DNA of 64,000 nt, from the NCBI GenBank assembly GCA_030704615.1, contig CM060731.1:35960001-36024000 (forward strand), written 5' to 3'. The notes under the pieces were generated by a model that was not told the DNA's origin, made no database searches, and was given only the letters and a program-made list of their open reading frames with translations. The stretch comes from Takakia lepidozioides (lineage: Eukaryota > Plantae > Bryophyta). Positions 52,942-64,000 of the stretch are shown here, one piece after another. Made by a program: the position numbers and the translations under genes. Every line of letters starts with the position of its first letter. Position 1 is the stretch's first letter.

Positions 52942-55749
52942 AGCTAATTATCTGATAGGTGCTGCAGACAAGCCCACTGCTAATCAAGCGAACAGATTTG
53001 GTGACATCATGTGTTGTATCTAGCTTTGCACCCAACTTCCTTTATTGAAGACGCGTGGTGGTCATCCCCTCCAACACTTCAACTCCACAGGTATCCGCAC
53101 AGGGCAGAGGCCTTGCATTTCGTTTCCGGAAGAGGTGGAAATTGCAATTGGGAATCATGATTGCAACCACAATCCCAAAGGTTATCCTGCATGCTCTGGA
53201 TGATTTCATGCAAAACTGGGAGATAAAATGTTATTGCAGCCAGACTGTAGTCTACATGCTCTTGGCTACCTGCCCTTGTAGAATGTTATGCTCACGATCT
53301 TGTGCTGGGGCTCTTTACCGCTCATTGGAACCATGTGTGTTAAACTACGGAGCTTTTTCATCAAAAGCCTTTCATGAATATTCCTCTCTGTAGGTTGCAG
53401 CTGGATGCCAAACTTCCTTTCCTTTCCTTTCCATTCCTTTCTTCTTCTGTAAAATCTACTGGGCGGTGAAATTTTACATGGATCTAGCGGGATTAATTTA
53501 ATGATTCCTGTGGGAGATCTTAAGGTTCTCTAGATAAACACGGATTCTGATGACCCTGGGACAAGTTCATTTTATGCCACACAACCTGAGAAACAATGTC
53601 CGGGTGTAAAAACTGAAACCCGCAAGCCGAGTCCTCACGAGAGGGAGAAACCCATTTAAAGACGATAAACCAGCAAGCCCTCAACCACCACCTTGCATAA
53701 ATCCCAGATTTGGGCGTGTCAATGCCTGCACGGTGCCGTTTAAACTCAAGAATATTTACATTTGGCTCAGATTGAGTTGTGCTGAACTGATTGTTCGACT
53801 AAACTGATCCTTCTGCAAGGCCACAGTTATGCTTCCTCTGAGATTTGGAATCAGGTGCAAATATCCTGTCGTGAATTTCGAGCCGAAGGTGGGGTCGGAC
53901 ATGCAAATATGTAGAGGCTTGTCAGGTAGTCAAACCGACAGCTCACTCACGAGTCACATTCTGTCTTCTCGTGAATCAATGTTTAAACTATAAAAACACG
54001 TGCAGACGTCACGAGCATCTTGCAGCTGATGTCTTTCAGGATTGACACGGAACTGTGTCACTTACAGCTTGAGGGACACTTGAGGGACCCTCCTGTGGTG
54101 ATGTATGTAGCAGGCATGTAGTAGTATGTATTTGTGGGACCCACTTATCAAAAGTTTCATACGTCAGGGATTCTAGTAGGAACCGTGGAGATGCTCTCCC
54201 TAACTGTTATACTTTCTTTCCGAACGTCTTTGGAAAGGTATGATTCGATACTTCTAATCTACTAAAAAAAGGAGGACACTATGCATCCGTTACATAAGTT
54301 GATCTTACCTCTAGATCCTAGCTTGGCTTTTCATGGGTATAAAGAGACGGTACTAAGTTGCTGGGTAAGTCTTGTCAAACTTGCATGAAACAACCCAACA
54401 ATGAATACATCTGCAATAACCAAAGAACAGATGCAGTAGCCGTCTCAAACTTGAACAGTGCTTCCTCTCCCTACACCCACCTTTGATAGAATAAAATTAT
54501 AATCTCCAAAAGCTGATCAAGCTTCCATCCTATCTTCTGTATACCAGATCTTCTCCTTTATGCTCGTGAATTTCAGGACAGAGTCGGTAAGATCAACAAA
54601 TCTTAGTTTGACTCTTACTCAAGAAAACCTCTGCCAGTGTTCGACTTTGCTTTCAATGTCCCTCCGAAGTTTTTGGGCTCCAAGTCCCACGCATGCAAAT
54701 CTGTGGTCTCGAGAGCACTTGAGGGGCTGCCTCTCATCATCTGGACTATAGTGCCACAGTTGCAGCTGCGGTAAAAACAAAAGTATTTTTACCCTCTGAC
54801 GGTGTGAAAAAACCAGGGGTAGCGGCAATTCCTGGTGCTTTTTTGGCATCGAATGACATCACCCGACGATTCCCAGGTTGCCGGTTTCCTGTTTCCGACA
54901 TCAGACCTGCCGGGAGTAGTTCCCGGCTCGCAGTTGCATTTGCCGGCACAGGCACCTGAGTTCATTCCAAATGCCATTGCCGGCGATGTTTCCGGATGCC
55001 AGCATGTTATGACACATGGGTCTTTGCCTAGATAGTATATACACAGGCATACGTATGTTGAAGGATGTGATCCATGTGGACATACCTACACCTCCATGGC
55101 GTGATCCGCATCAGAGGGATGACACTGAAGCACATGGTGTGTCCATGGCTTAATGAGTCAGTCAGTAAATAAGATTTTTTTTATAAAAGTTGGGCGGTTA
55201 TGAACCTTGGCCGGTTATAACCGCCTGGTATTAGACCGGTTATATATATAGCCAAGCATTAGATGGGGCCTGGAGTTGAATGCGAGGGAGCCGGTTCAGC
55301 CAGCGTGGAACCCCCCCCCTCCATCGGCTGCACACCACACCGGCAGCTGCCGCGCGGCACGCCCTCCCGTGCCTCATGTGCCCGCTGCCTCATGTGCCCG
55401 CTGGGGACATGACGCATGCCCTGGCCATGCCCTCTCCCGCATCCCCATCCCGCCTCCCATCCTGCCCTCATGCCTGCCATCGTCCTGCATCAAGCATACA
55501 TCATGCAATCCCAAGCATACATCATGCATTCATGAAATTATGCATAATTCAAAAATTATTCTGACAGGTATTCAAATTTCAAATGGCAAATCTGAGCAAA
55601 GGACTTGACGTTCAGATGTATGCCACGTCGTCACATACATGGCCACCCCAATTGAGGGTTTTGCTACCCTCATCGTGCATTTCCTCGTACAGCAGTTCTC
55701 TCCATGCTTTCCAACCGCGTCCCTACGCAACGAGGGCGTTCATATTCCA

Positions 55750-57690
55750 TGGAACGCGATGGAATGGTGTCATGGAACGCGATGATCACAAAATATGCAC
55801 AACACGGTCTGGGATGGAGGCTTTGGAGACCTATGAGCAAATGATGCGCGGGAGGGGTGAGGCCCAACCATATCACGTTTGTTTGCATTTGCAATGCGTG
55901 TGCGAGCTTTGCAGCCTTGGAAAAGGGCAAAGAGGTCCATGGTGATATCATCAAAGCTGGAATAGTACCAGACGTCATTCTGAACACTGCCCTGGTGGAC
56001 ATGTATGCCAAATGATGCAAATGGAATGTTCGACAACATGGTTGAACGAAATGTAGTGTCATGGAACGCGATGATCGCAGAATATGCACAGCACGGGTGT
56101 GGAATGGAGGCTTTGGAAACCTATGAGCAAATGATGCGCGGGGGGTGAGTCCCAACCATATCACGTTTGTTTGCAGTTGCAATGCGTGTGCGAGTCTTGT
56201 AGCCTTGGAAAAGGGCAAAGAGGTCCATGGTGATATCGTCAAAACTGGAATAGTACCAGACGTCATTCTAAACACTGCCCTGGTGGACATGTATGCCAAA
56301 TGTGGGAGCATTGAAGAGATGATGTGGGAAAGGGTGAAGCCCGACCGCATCACGTTTGTTTGTGTTTGCAAGGCATGTGCAAGCTTGGCAGCTCTCGAAA
56401 ATGGCAAAGAGGTCCATGGTGACATCGTCAAAGCTGGAAGTATACCAGATGTTATTCTGCACAGTACCCTTGTGGACATGTATGCCAAATGTGGGAACAT
56501 TGAAGATTCAAATGGTGTTTGACACTACGGCTGAACGTGATGTGGTGTCATGGAACGCAATGATTGCAGGATATGCACAGCAGGGCGCAGGACTGAGGCT
56601 TTGCATACATATGAGCAAATGATGCAAGAAGAGGTGAAGCCCAACCACATCACGTTTTTTTGTGTTTGCAATGCATGTGCAAGGGTGGCAACCTTGGAAA
56701 AGGGCAAAGAGGTCCATGGTGACATCGTCAAAGCTGGTATTGTACCAAATGTCACTCTAAACAATGCCCTCGTGGACATGTATGCCAAATGTGGGAGCAT
56801 GGAGAATGCAAAAGGAATGTTCAACAATATGGCCGATCGAGATGTGGCGTCCTGGAATGTTATGATTGCAGGATATGAAGGAATGCAAACGGAAAGCTTG
56901 AAGCTGGACAGTATCACCTTTATATGTCTTCTCTCTGCATGCAGCCACATTGGCCTACTGGATGAAGGAAGATCAACATCATGTCAACATCATGATGTCT
57001 CTCCGACAGTAAAGCACTCTGGCTGCATGGTGGACCTTCTTGGACATATGGGGCAATTGGATGAGGCAGAAGAGCTTTTAACAAAATGCCAATGAAACCA
57101 AATGCTATGGTTTGGAGGGCCTTGCTTGGTGCCTGCAGAATCCATGGCAATGTGGAGATGGTTGAATGTGCAGCAACATCTATTCTCAAGTGGGATGAAC
57201 AAGATGTTGCGACGTATGTCTTGCTATCAAACATCTATGCTGCAGCTGGCAGGTGGGACGATAGTGCAAAGGTACGAAAAATGATGAAGGTCAGAGGGGC
57301 TAGAAAGAAGCTAGGTCATTGTTGTCTTTGTTATAGATGACAAATTGCACCCCAAAATTAAGGAAATCCATGCTGAGCTGAGAAGATTGTCTGGACAGAT
57401 GAAGGAGGCAGGGTATGTGCCTGACACGCTTTGTATTACATAATGTGGGAGAGGAGCAAAATGAATTTTCTCTTTGCCACCACAGTGAGAAGTTGGCCAT
57501 TGGTTTTGGGCTGATCAGCACGGCCTCTAGGAGTACACTCCGGCTCATCAAGAATCTTCGGGTGTGTGGTGACTGCGACACCTCCACCAAGTTCATTTCA
57601 AAGATTGTTGGCCGCGCAATTGTTGTACGGCATGCTAACCGCTTTCACCACTTTGAAGATGGGGTTTGTTCTTGCGGGGATTACTGGTGA
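55750..57690 (+). pseudogene. PLS-PPR-E-DYW (C-to-U RNA-editing factor) pseudogene, intronless and 5'-truncated
   Basis: Repeated P-L-S triplets, then SGCMVDLLG, VWRALLGACRIHG, YVLLSNIYAAAGRWDD, and [15 protein letters not shown]...KNLRVCGDC...[15 protein letters not shown]. Several frameshifts and deletions, including in the PG box. Confidence 0.93.
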
Positions 57691-57709
57691 AACAGTTTTT
57701 TCTGGAAAA

Positions 57710-57852
57710 TTGTGGTGACTGCCACACCTCCACCAAGTTCATCTCAAAGATTGTTGGCAGTGCAATTGTTGTACAAGATGCTAACCGTTTTCACCACTTT
57801 GAAGATGGGGTTTGTTCTTGCGGGGATTACTGGTGAAACAATTTTTTCTGGG
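57710..57852 (+). repeat. Tandem duplication of the last ~145 bp of the DYW gene (CGDC...GDYW* plus a few 3' bases)
   Basis: Near-copy of 57565-57707. Confidence 0.9.
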
Positions 57853-59059
57853 AAGATGCAAGTGTCTTGCTTCATTCATTGATCTGTGTAGCTACTCAGT
57901 TCATCCACCATTTCTGGAGAAGATTGACCATGATGTACTGTTGAGGGCATTTTCCTGCTACATATCCACAAGAAAGGGTAGTGGGGTAGGTGAAGTTAGC
58001 CCATACTTGCACTTGACTGGAGCAGGTAATGAGTAAAGGGGGGATTTCGACTGACTCTGGTGATAGTGGAAGGAAATTAGAGTGTTGTGCTAGTTCTAGT
58101 GTGGAACATGTCCAAATTTAAGATGCTGAACAAACTTGTGCATAGGGCTATCCTTCTAATCAAGCTCATTACGAATTGTATTCACTTTCATTTGGCCTGA
58201 ACCTTCACGTAGTGATTGTAAAGTACTTGAGATGCTGATCTCAAACAAGCGGCAAGATCTCCTAAATATCCAATACCACATCACGAAAAGCAAACCTCTT
58301 TTTCTCAATCTCTTGCTTCCAGTAACTGTCCAATATCTCAAATTTGGACCCAAAAACTTATGGGTGAATCTCTTGATCCATCATGTTGGTTCAATTGATA
58401 TTAATACAATTACATCAAAATAATGGATATGACTAATGAGAGGGTAATGTCGACCGCTCCTCCTTTGGCTGTGACGGCATTGTCACAACAAGACTCCACT
58501 TTGTCTTGTGATGTGGTGTGACACTCAACTCTTATGCTAAGGGTGGGATGTGTTACACCCAGGATCACCCTGGTTATGCGTAGGCAAGGCACAACTACCC
58601 AACCACGCATGACTACAGATCATATAACAAATATCTCTCCCAGATAGAGTGAAGATCATTCCCACAAAGGAGACTCTGTCTGGCTTCCTGTTGGTAAGGA
58701 AAATGTTTGCAGTATCTTTCTTTTTCTTGTATGAGATACAATTATGCAATCCAATGAGAGCCACATGTCATATCTGTGGTCAAATTGGGAGCTCCAGTAG
58801 CAATGCAGGCATACACATTCTATTTGCTAGCATGATCTGATGCCTGTAATCATATTGCTTTTGATCATGTGGGTGCAAAGCGCAATCTCGGGCACCTCCT
58901 GGTTGGTAGACTCCACAATCAGCTCTTGTTGCGTTGTTATGCCGGGGGGAGGAAATGCCTTTAAAAGTATGTCATAGTCGACATTCCCAGGGCATTGGCG
59001 AATGAACCAAGCAGCTGGATGCTTTTAATGAATGAAGCAAGCCACTCACAACATCAATT

Positions 59060-60990
59060 CACTAGAATAAACCCATCCTCAAAGTGGTGAAAGCGGCTGG
59101 TATCATGTTCATCAATTGCTCGCCGAACAATCTTTGAGATGAACTTGGTGGCTGTGGCAGTCACCACACATTCAAAGGTTCTTGATGAATCAAAGAGGTG
59201 TCCATGGTGCCGTACTCATCCGCTCAAAATTAATGGCCACCTTGTTGTGGTGGCAAAGAGAAATTTCTTGTGCTCCTACATATCATGCAATACAAACGTG
59301 CGTCAGGCACGTACCCGACCTCCTTCATGTGCCCAAACAATCTTCTCAGCTCAACATGCATTTCCTAATTTGTGGATACAATTGTCATCTACCACCAAAT
59401 ATGTGGACCCGTTTACCAAAGTCAATGGAGCAGCGACCTAGCTGCTTTTTGATACCTCTGAATTACATCATTTTCCTCACCTTTGCAGTATCGTCCCACC
59501 TGCCAGCTGTAGCATATATAAGTGATAGCAATTCATAAGTTATGGTGTCCTTGTTGATCCCACTTGAGAATAGATTTTGCCACAGATTGTGCCACCTCCA
59601 CATTCCCATAAATTCTGCAGGCACCAAGCAAGGCCTTCCACACCGCAGCATCTGGTTGGACATGCATTAATTTGTTGATGATGTCCTCAGCCTCATCCAA
59701 TCACCCTGCACGGCCAAGGAGGTCCACTATGCAGCCAAAGTGTTCCATTGTAGGAGTCAGGCCATGATCTCGATGCAGGGAATCAAAGTAGTGTTTGCCT
59801 TCATCCACTAGACCCCATGACTACATGCTTGGAGAACACATATAAAAGTGATACTGCAGTTCGGCGTTAAGCCTGCCTTGCTTATGACAACCATGCTGGG
59901 CATATCCTGCAATCATGGCAGTCCATGATACCACATTTCGTTCAGCCATACTGTTGAACACTTCCTTTGCATCGTCAATGCTCCCACATTTGGCATAAAT
60001 GTCCACAAGTGAATTGTTAAGAATGACATCTGGTACAATTCCAGCTTTCATGATGTCAGCATGGACCTCTCTGCCCTTTTCCAGGGCTATCAGGCACGCA
60101 CATGCATTGCAAACGCAAATGAAGGTGACCTGATCTGGCTTCACCTCTTCGCCCATCATTTGCTCATAGGTCTCCAAACCCTCCATTCCGCATCCATGCT
60201 GGGCATATCCTCCTATCATTGTGTTCCATGACACCACATTTCGTTCAGCCATTTTGGCGAACACTCCCTTTGCATCCTCAATGCTCCCACATTTGGCGTA
60301 CATGTCCACGAGGGTGTTGTTCAGAATGACATCTGGTACAATTCCAGCTGTCACAATGTCAGCATGGACCTCTCTGTCTTTTTTCAGGGCTGCCCTCCCT
60401 GCACACGCATTGCAAACACAAAGGAAAGTGACATGGTCTGGCTTCACCCCTACCCGGATCATTTGCTCATAGGTCTCCAAAGCATCCATTCCGCATCCAT
60501 GCTGGGCATATCCTGTGATCATAGCATTCCATGATACCACATTTCGTTCTGCCATATTGTCAAACAGCCCCTTTGCATCCTTGAGGCTCCCACATTTGGC
60601 ATAAATGTCTACAAGGGTGTTGTTCAGAATGACATTTGGTACAATTCCAACTTTTATGATGTCAGCATGAACCTCTCTGCCATTTTCCAGGGCTGCCAGG
60701 CCTGCACAGGCATTGCAAATGCAAATGAAAGTGACCTGGTCTGGCTTCACCCCTTCCTGGATCATTTTCTCGTAGGTCCTCAAAGCCTCCATCCCACACC
60801 CATGCTGGGAATATCCTCCAATCATAGCACTCCAGGAAACCACATATCGTTCAGCCATATTGTTGAACACTCCCTTTGCATCCTTAATGCTCCCGCATTT
60901 GGCATACATGTCCACCAAGGTGTTGTTCAGAATGACATCTGGATCAATTCCAGCTTTCATGATGTCAGAATGGACCTCTTTGCCCTTTCC
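59060..60990 (-). pseudogene. PLS-PPR-E-DYW pseudogene, intronless, truncated at both ends
   Basis: ORF 59821-60960 encodes three clean 101-aa P-L-S triplets, followed by frameshifted E motifs. In the DYW domain HSEK is reduced to HNK, and it ends at RFHHFEDG without CSCxDYW. Confidence 0.93.
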
Positions 60991-61460
60991 TCATCTGATG
61001 ACAACTCCTGAAATACTTGACTCTGCGACCTCTGTCCACACTGATTTCCGATGAAGATCACCCAAATTTTCTTGGGACACTGAGGCATGGGAGGCCTGGC
61101 CCTTCGTCCTATTTGTGGTTTTGCGAGGTGGCATGTGTCCATGGCGCCTGAGGACAACCTCCATAATAGCCTTCTGGCTTGGTGTGAGGGGCTCTTCACC
61201 TTCCCCATGCTTCATACAACCATCCACCCTATGCAAGTTCAATTTTTTTTTATCGGCAAAAAGCAGATCACAGTGTATGCATCTGTATTGTCGTCTGTTA
61301 GACGCACCAGGTTCATCGACCCTTGCCATCATGTAGGCCTCGCATATGAGGGACTCGTATTCATCAGTTTCATAAGTCTCGCGATATTCCCTCTAGTCTA
61401 TCATTTTGCTCTCCTTCATCCTGAGTGTTGCGTCTGCCAACAATTGTAGCAGCGTGCAAA
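60991..61460 (-). pseudogene. Remnant ORF with a C2HC/C2H2-like zinc finger, probably the carrier element's own gene
   Basis: YRCIHCDLLFADKKKLNLHRVDGC. The exon starts after tgtgtag (~61460), has one stop, and is cut off by PPR sequence at ~60990. Confidence 0.45.
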
Positions 61461-62325
61461 CCTACACAGACAATGCCAAGCATAAATCCACATGCCACTC
61501 ACTTGCTTGAACCCTCAAATTGCCCGCATGGCCATTGAAACCCCCAATACCTCTATGGTGTGCATGTCATTTACACTAAACCCTAAACCCCAAAACAAAA
61601 TGGAAGGACTGCAGATAATGACATATCTCAGAATGGAGAGTGTTCATGGCCGCATATGTGCACGTCCCTGGAGCTCGCAAGTGAACTATGGAAACAACAG
61701 TCAATCCAGGTCTGCTCCTTCACGTACCAAGCAAATATAACATGCAACCTGCTCAGATGATTGGTTTCAGATGCTCGATGCAGAACTCACTCACGCGCTA
61801 AATCCTGGAAGAAGAGCACAATCACAATCCGGAGAACACAGAAGAGAAATATCAAGGGATAATAAGGACCTGCACGCAATTGGAGATGAAGCGGTGCAAC
61901 CATTGAAGACAGCCAAAACATCCTGCTTCATAGCCTGATTGTCCATTCGTGTCCACAAACTGAACCTCTATGGCGGGACGCGGTACGCCAACACCCTACA
62001 AAATGGATAGCGACATTTTTCGCGATGGCTGCCAACAACACACCGTCCCCGTCTCATTCTACATGCAATGCAATGATATGGATGCAATGGAAGCATGCAT
62101 GTACCATGGGCAGGATGAAGGCATGCAGGGGGGATGGGGATGCGGGAGAGGGCATGGCCAGGGCATGCGTCATGTCCCTGCAGCGGGCACATGAGGCGCG
62201 GGAGGGTGTGCCGCGCAACATCTTCCGCGTGGTGCGCGGGCGATGGAGGTGGGGGGAGGTGGTGGGGGGTCCACGCTGGCTGAACCGGCTCCCTCACATT
62301 CAACTCCAGGCCCCATCTAATGCTT

Positions 62326-62369
<44 letters not shown>

Positions 62370-63015
62370 GAGGAGGTGCAAAAATCAGAAAACCGGATAT
62401 AAACAGATCCGGCGGAGGCAAGGAGTTGAGATAACCGGCAGGCTTCGATAACCGGCGAGCAAGTTTGGTTTTTTACTTATTGGTGTCCGGCCATGGCCTT
62501 AAAAAAGGACCCGGTTATCAATAAATAGTGTCAGCATATACCCTTGCTAAGATTAATGTGACACCAATTTGGTAACTAAGATGTCCATTATTGATCATCT
62601 GGATGATCCAGTTTCAAGGGCTAACCATCTTGCATGGCTGGTCAATCCCTTCTTGGCATTTATTTAAGTTTTTTAAAAATATTTTCATCATTTCAATATA
62701 TGTAAATTTTTATTTTATAAATAGTTCATTTAAGTTACATGACCGCAATATAACTGTTTTAAGGACCGCCGGTTATGAAGTATATTGAACTTCCAGAATC
62801 GGTTCAAAAAACCGCCTGTGCAAAGGTCTTTAATAACCGGAATTGAACTTAACCGGGTTTTTTGAAAACATCAAAGAACCGCCTCCTACAAGTTATTTAA
62901 TTTTTTCTTTTGTCCATTTAACCGCCTCCGGAGGTTCTAAAGAAGGGGCAATTGGCAAAGAACATGCACCGGAGGAGCTCACGAAAACCTGACAACCGCC
63001 CAACACTGGTTTTAA

Positions 63016-64000
63016 CCCTTAAGTGTCAAACCGACCCGTTTTGGGTTGGTTAGGTTTCTTTAACCAGCCATAACTTCCTGTGGTTAAGGCTGATTGGCCT
63101 TTTTTTTGGCTCAATCGACAGATAATCGGGTCCCCCTTCATGTGGCATTGGTCAATTGGTCAATGCCTGAAGGGGTATGGGTCTGGAACAATTGGAAGGG
63201 GGCACACTCAGCTTTTTGAGGCCAATTTGGCCCCCCTAACCTGCCCAAGTTGCTGACATGGCAACTGCGGTCAGGTTAGGGTGACTGAAAGATACCCCAT
63301 AAAGGTTAGGGTGGCGCGCTCCCCCAAGCCCCTTGATTGCCCGGCGGGGGCATGGCGCCCGGCGCAGGTCTGGGCATTCCCAGGCCTAGGCCCTAGCCTG
63401 AATCCAGGGCGATGGCAGCTCCGGCTAACGCCATGCGGGGCGGGCTGGAGGGAGTGCAGCGGCAGAGCTGGGGGCTCGAGAAAAATGCCATGAGGGGTGG
63501 GCCAAACCTAGGGCGGGGGTTTGAGAGGGTTGCGGGTGGAGTGGCCCCCCATGAAAGCAGGGCCGGGTAGCCAGAGGAGCTCCCAAACCCCGTGCCCTTC
63601 TGGGCTATGGCTCCAAATATCCTAGGCCTGCAGGCTATACCAAAGGTGTGTCATTTGAAGTCTTGGGCAGGGAACCTAAGGATGCGGTGCATTGGCTGAT
63701 TGGCCTCAAAGTTTTTCGGGGACTTCATATGGAAGCCCATGACATTTCAACCGGAGGGATTAGGGATTGACCGGCTGAATTTTTTTGCATAATTTTAGGA
63801 AAAGAGATTTTGGCCTGCCCAAAGAAAATGGCATATTTTGATCCCCCCAATTTGTCACTACAAAGGAGCCCGCTTGAGAACATTTCAGAAAAAACTGAAA
63901 AATTATGAGGATGTGTGTTATCAGGTATGGTACAACATTTTTGAGACTCTCAAACAGAAAAAATTAAAAATGCCCAAATACGAGCAAAAAACTGCTTTTT
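63016..64000. mobile_element. Possible left end of a TTAA-flanked (piggyBac-like) element
   Basis: TTAA|CCCTTAAGTGTC, followed by a GC-rich then AT-rich non-coding block that runs off the window. Confidence 0.3.

Larger units (their letters stand above)
55251..62328. mobile_element. ~7.1 kb long-TIR (Mutator/Pack-like) element in a (TA)n tract, carrying two PPR-DYW pseudogenes
   Basis: 55251-~55480 (GCCAAGCATTAGATGGGGCCTGGAGTTGAATGCGAGGGAGCCGGTTCAGCCAGCGTGGA...) is the reverse complement of ~62100-62328. Flanked by (TA)5 on the left and (AT)19 on the right. Confidence 0.8.
55190..63008. mobile_element. Older hAT-like non-autonomous element (AACCGG/AACCGCC-rich), split in two by the 55251-62328 insertion
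   Basis: Right end AACCGCCCAACACTG (63008). The left piece GTTGGGCGGTTA (55189-55200) matches its reverse complement. The same CCGGTT/AACCG motifs occur in 55190-55240 and 62367-63008. Left terminus and TSD are not clean. Confidence 0.6.

Noticed and set aside
54300-55083. Short ORFs and splice-like signals downstream of ALA3
   Set aside because: No recognisable domain and no consistent reading frame.
55670-61054. Long antisense ORFs over the PPR arrays (e.g. 55670-56500, 60221-60472)
   Set aside because: Shadow frames of the repetitive PPR coding strand.

Overview
Eukaryotic nuclear DNA from a land plant, probably a non-seed plant such as a bryophyte (inferred from the highly homogeneous PLS-PPR/DYW repeats and the repeat content). 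There is one 500-N assembly gap (8833-9332). Two intact spliced genes can be reconstructed: an atypical bHLH + ACT-like protein (4 coding exons, 29802-33333, about 649 aa) and an ALA3-type P4-ATPase flippase (27 coding exons, 34731-52941, about 1231 aa). RPS30 and RPS19 form a head-to-head pair, each with small lesions. The rest is nested transposons and captured gene fragments. Most notable: (1) a ~7.1 kb element (55251-62328) with ~230 bp GC-rich terminal inverted repeats, inserted into a (TA)n tract that splits an older hAT-like element and carrying two convergent PPR-DYW (RNA-editing factor) pseudogenes; (2) a head-to-tail array of four RTEX-like LINE copies in an ALA3 intron, where copies 2-4 each start at the (CATTT)n tail of the previous copy; (3) a CACTA element whose TnpA-like gene runs into an FCP1/NIF HAD-phosphatase-like domain and whose TnpD runs in frame into PPR repeats. 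All calls are by eye, without database searches.
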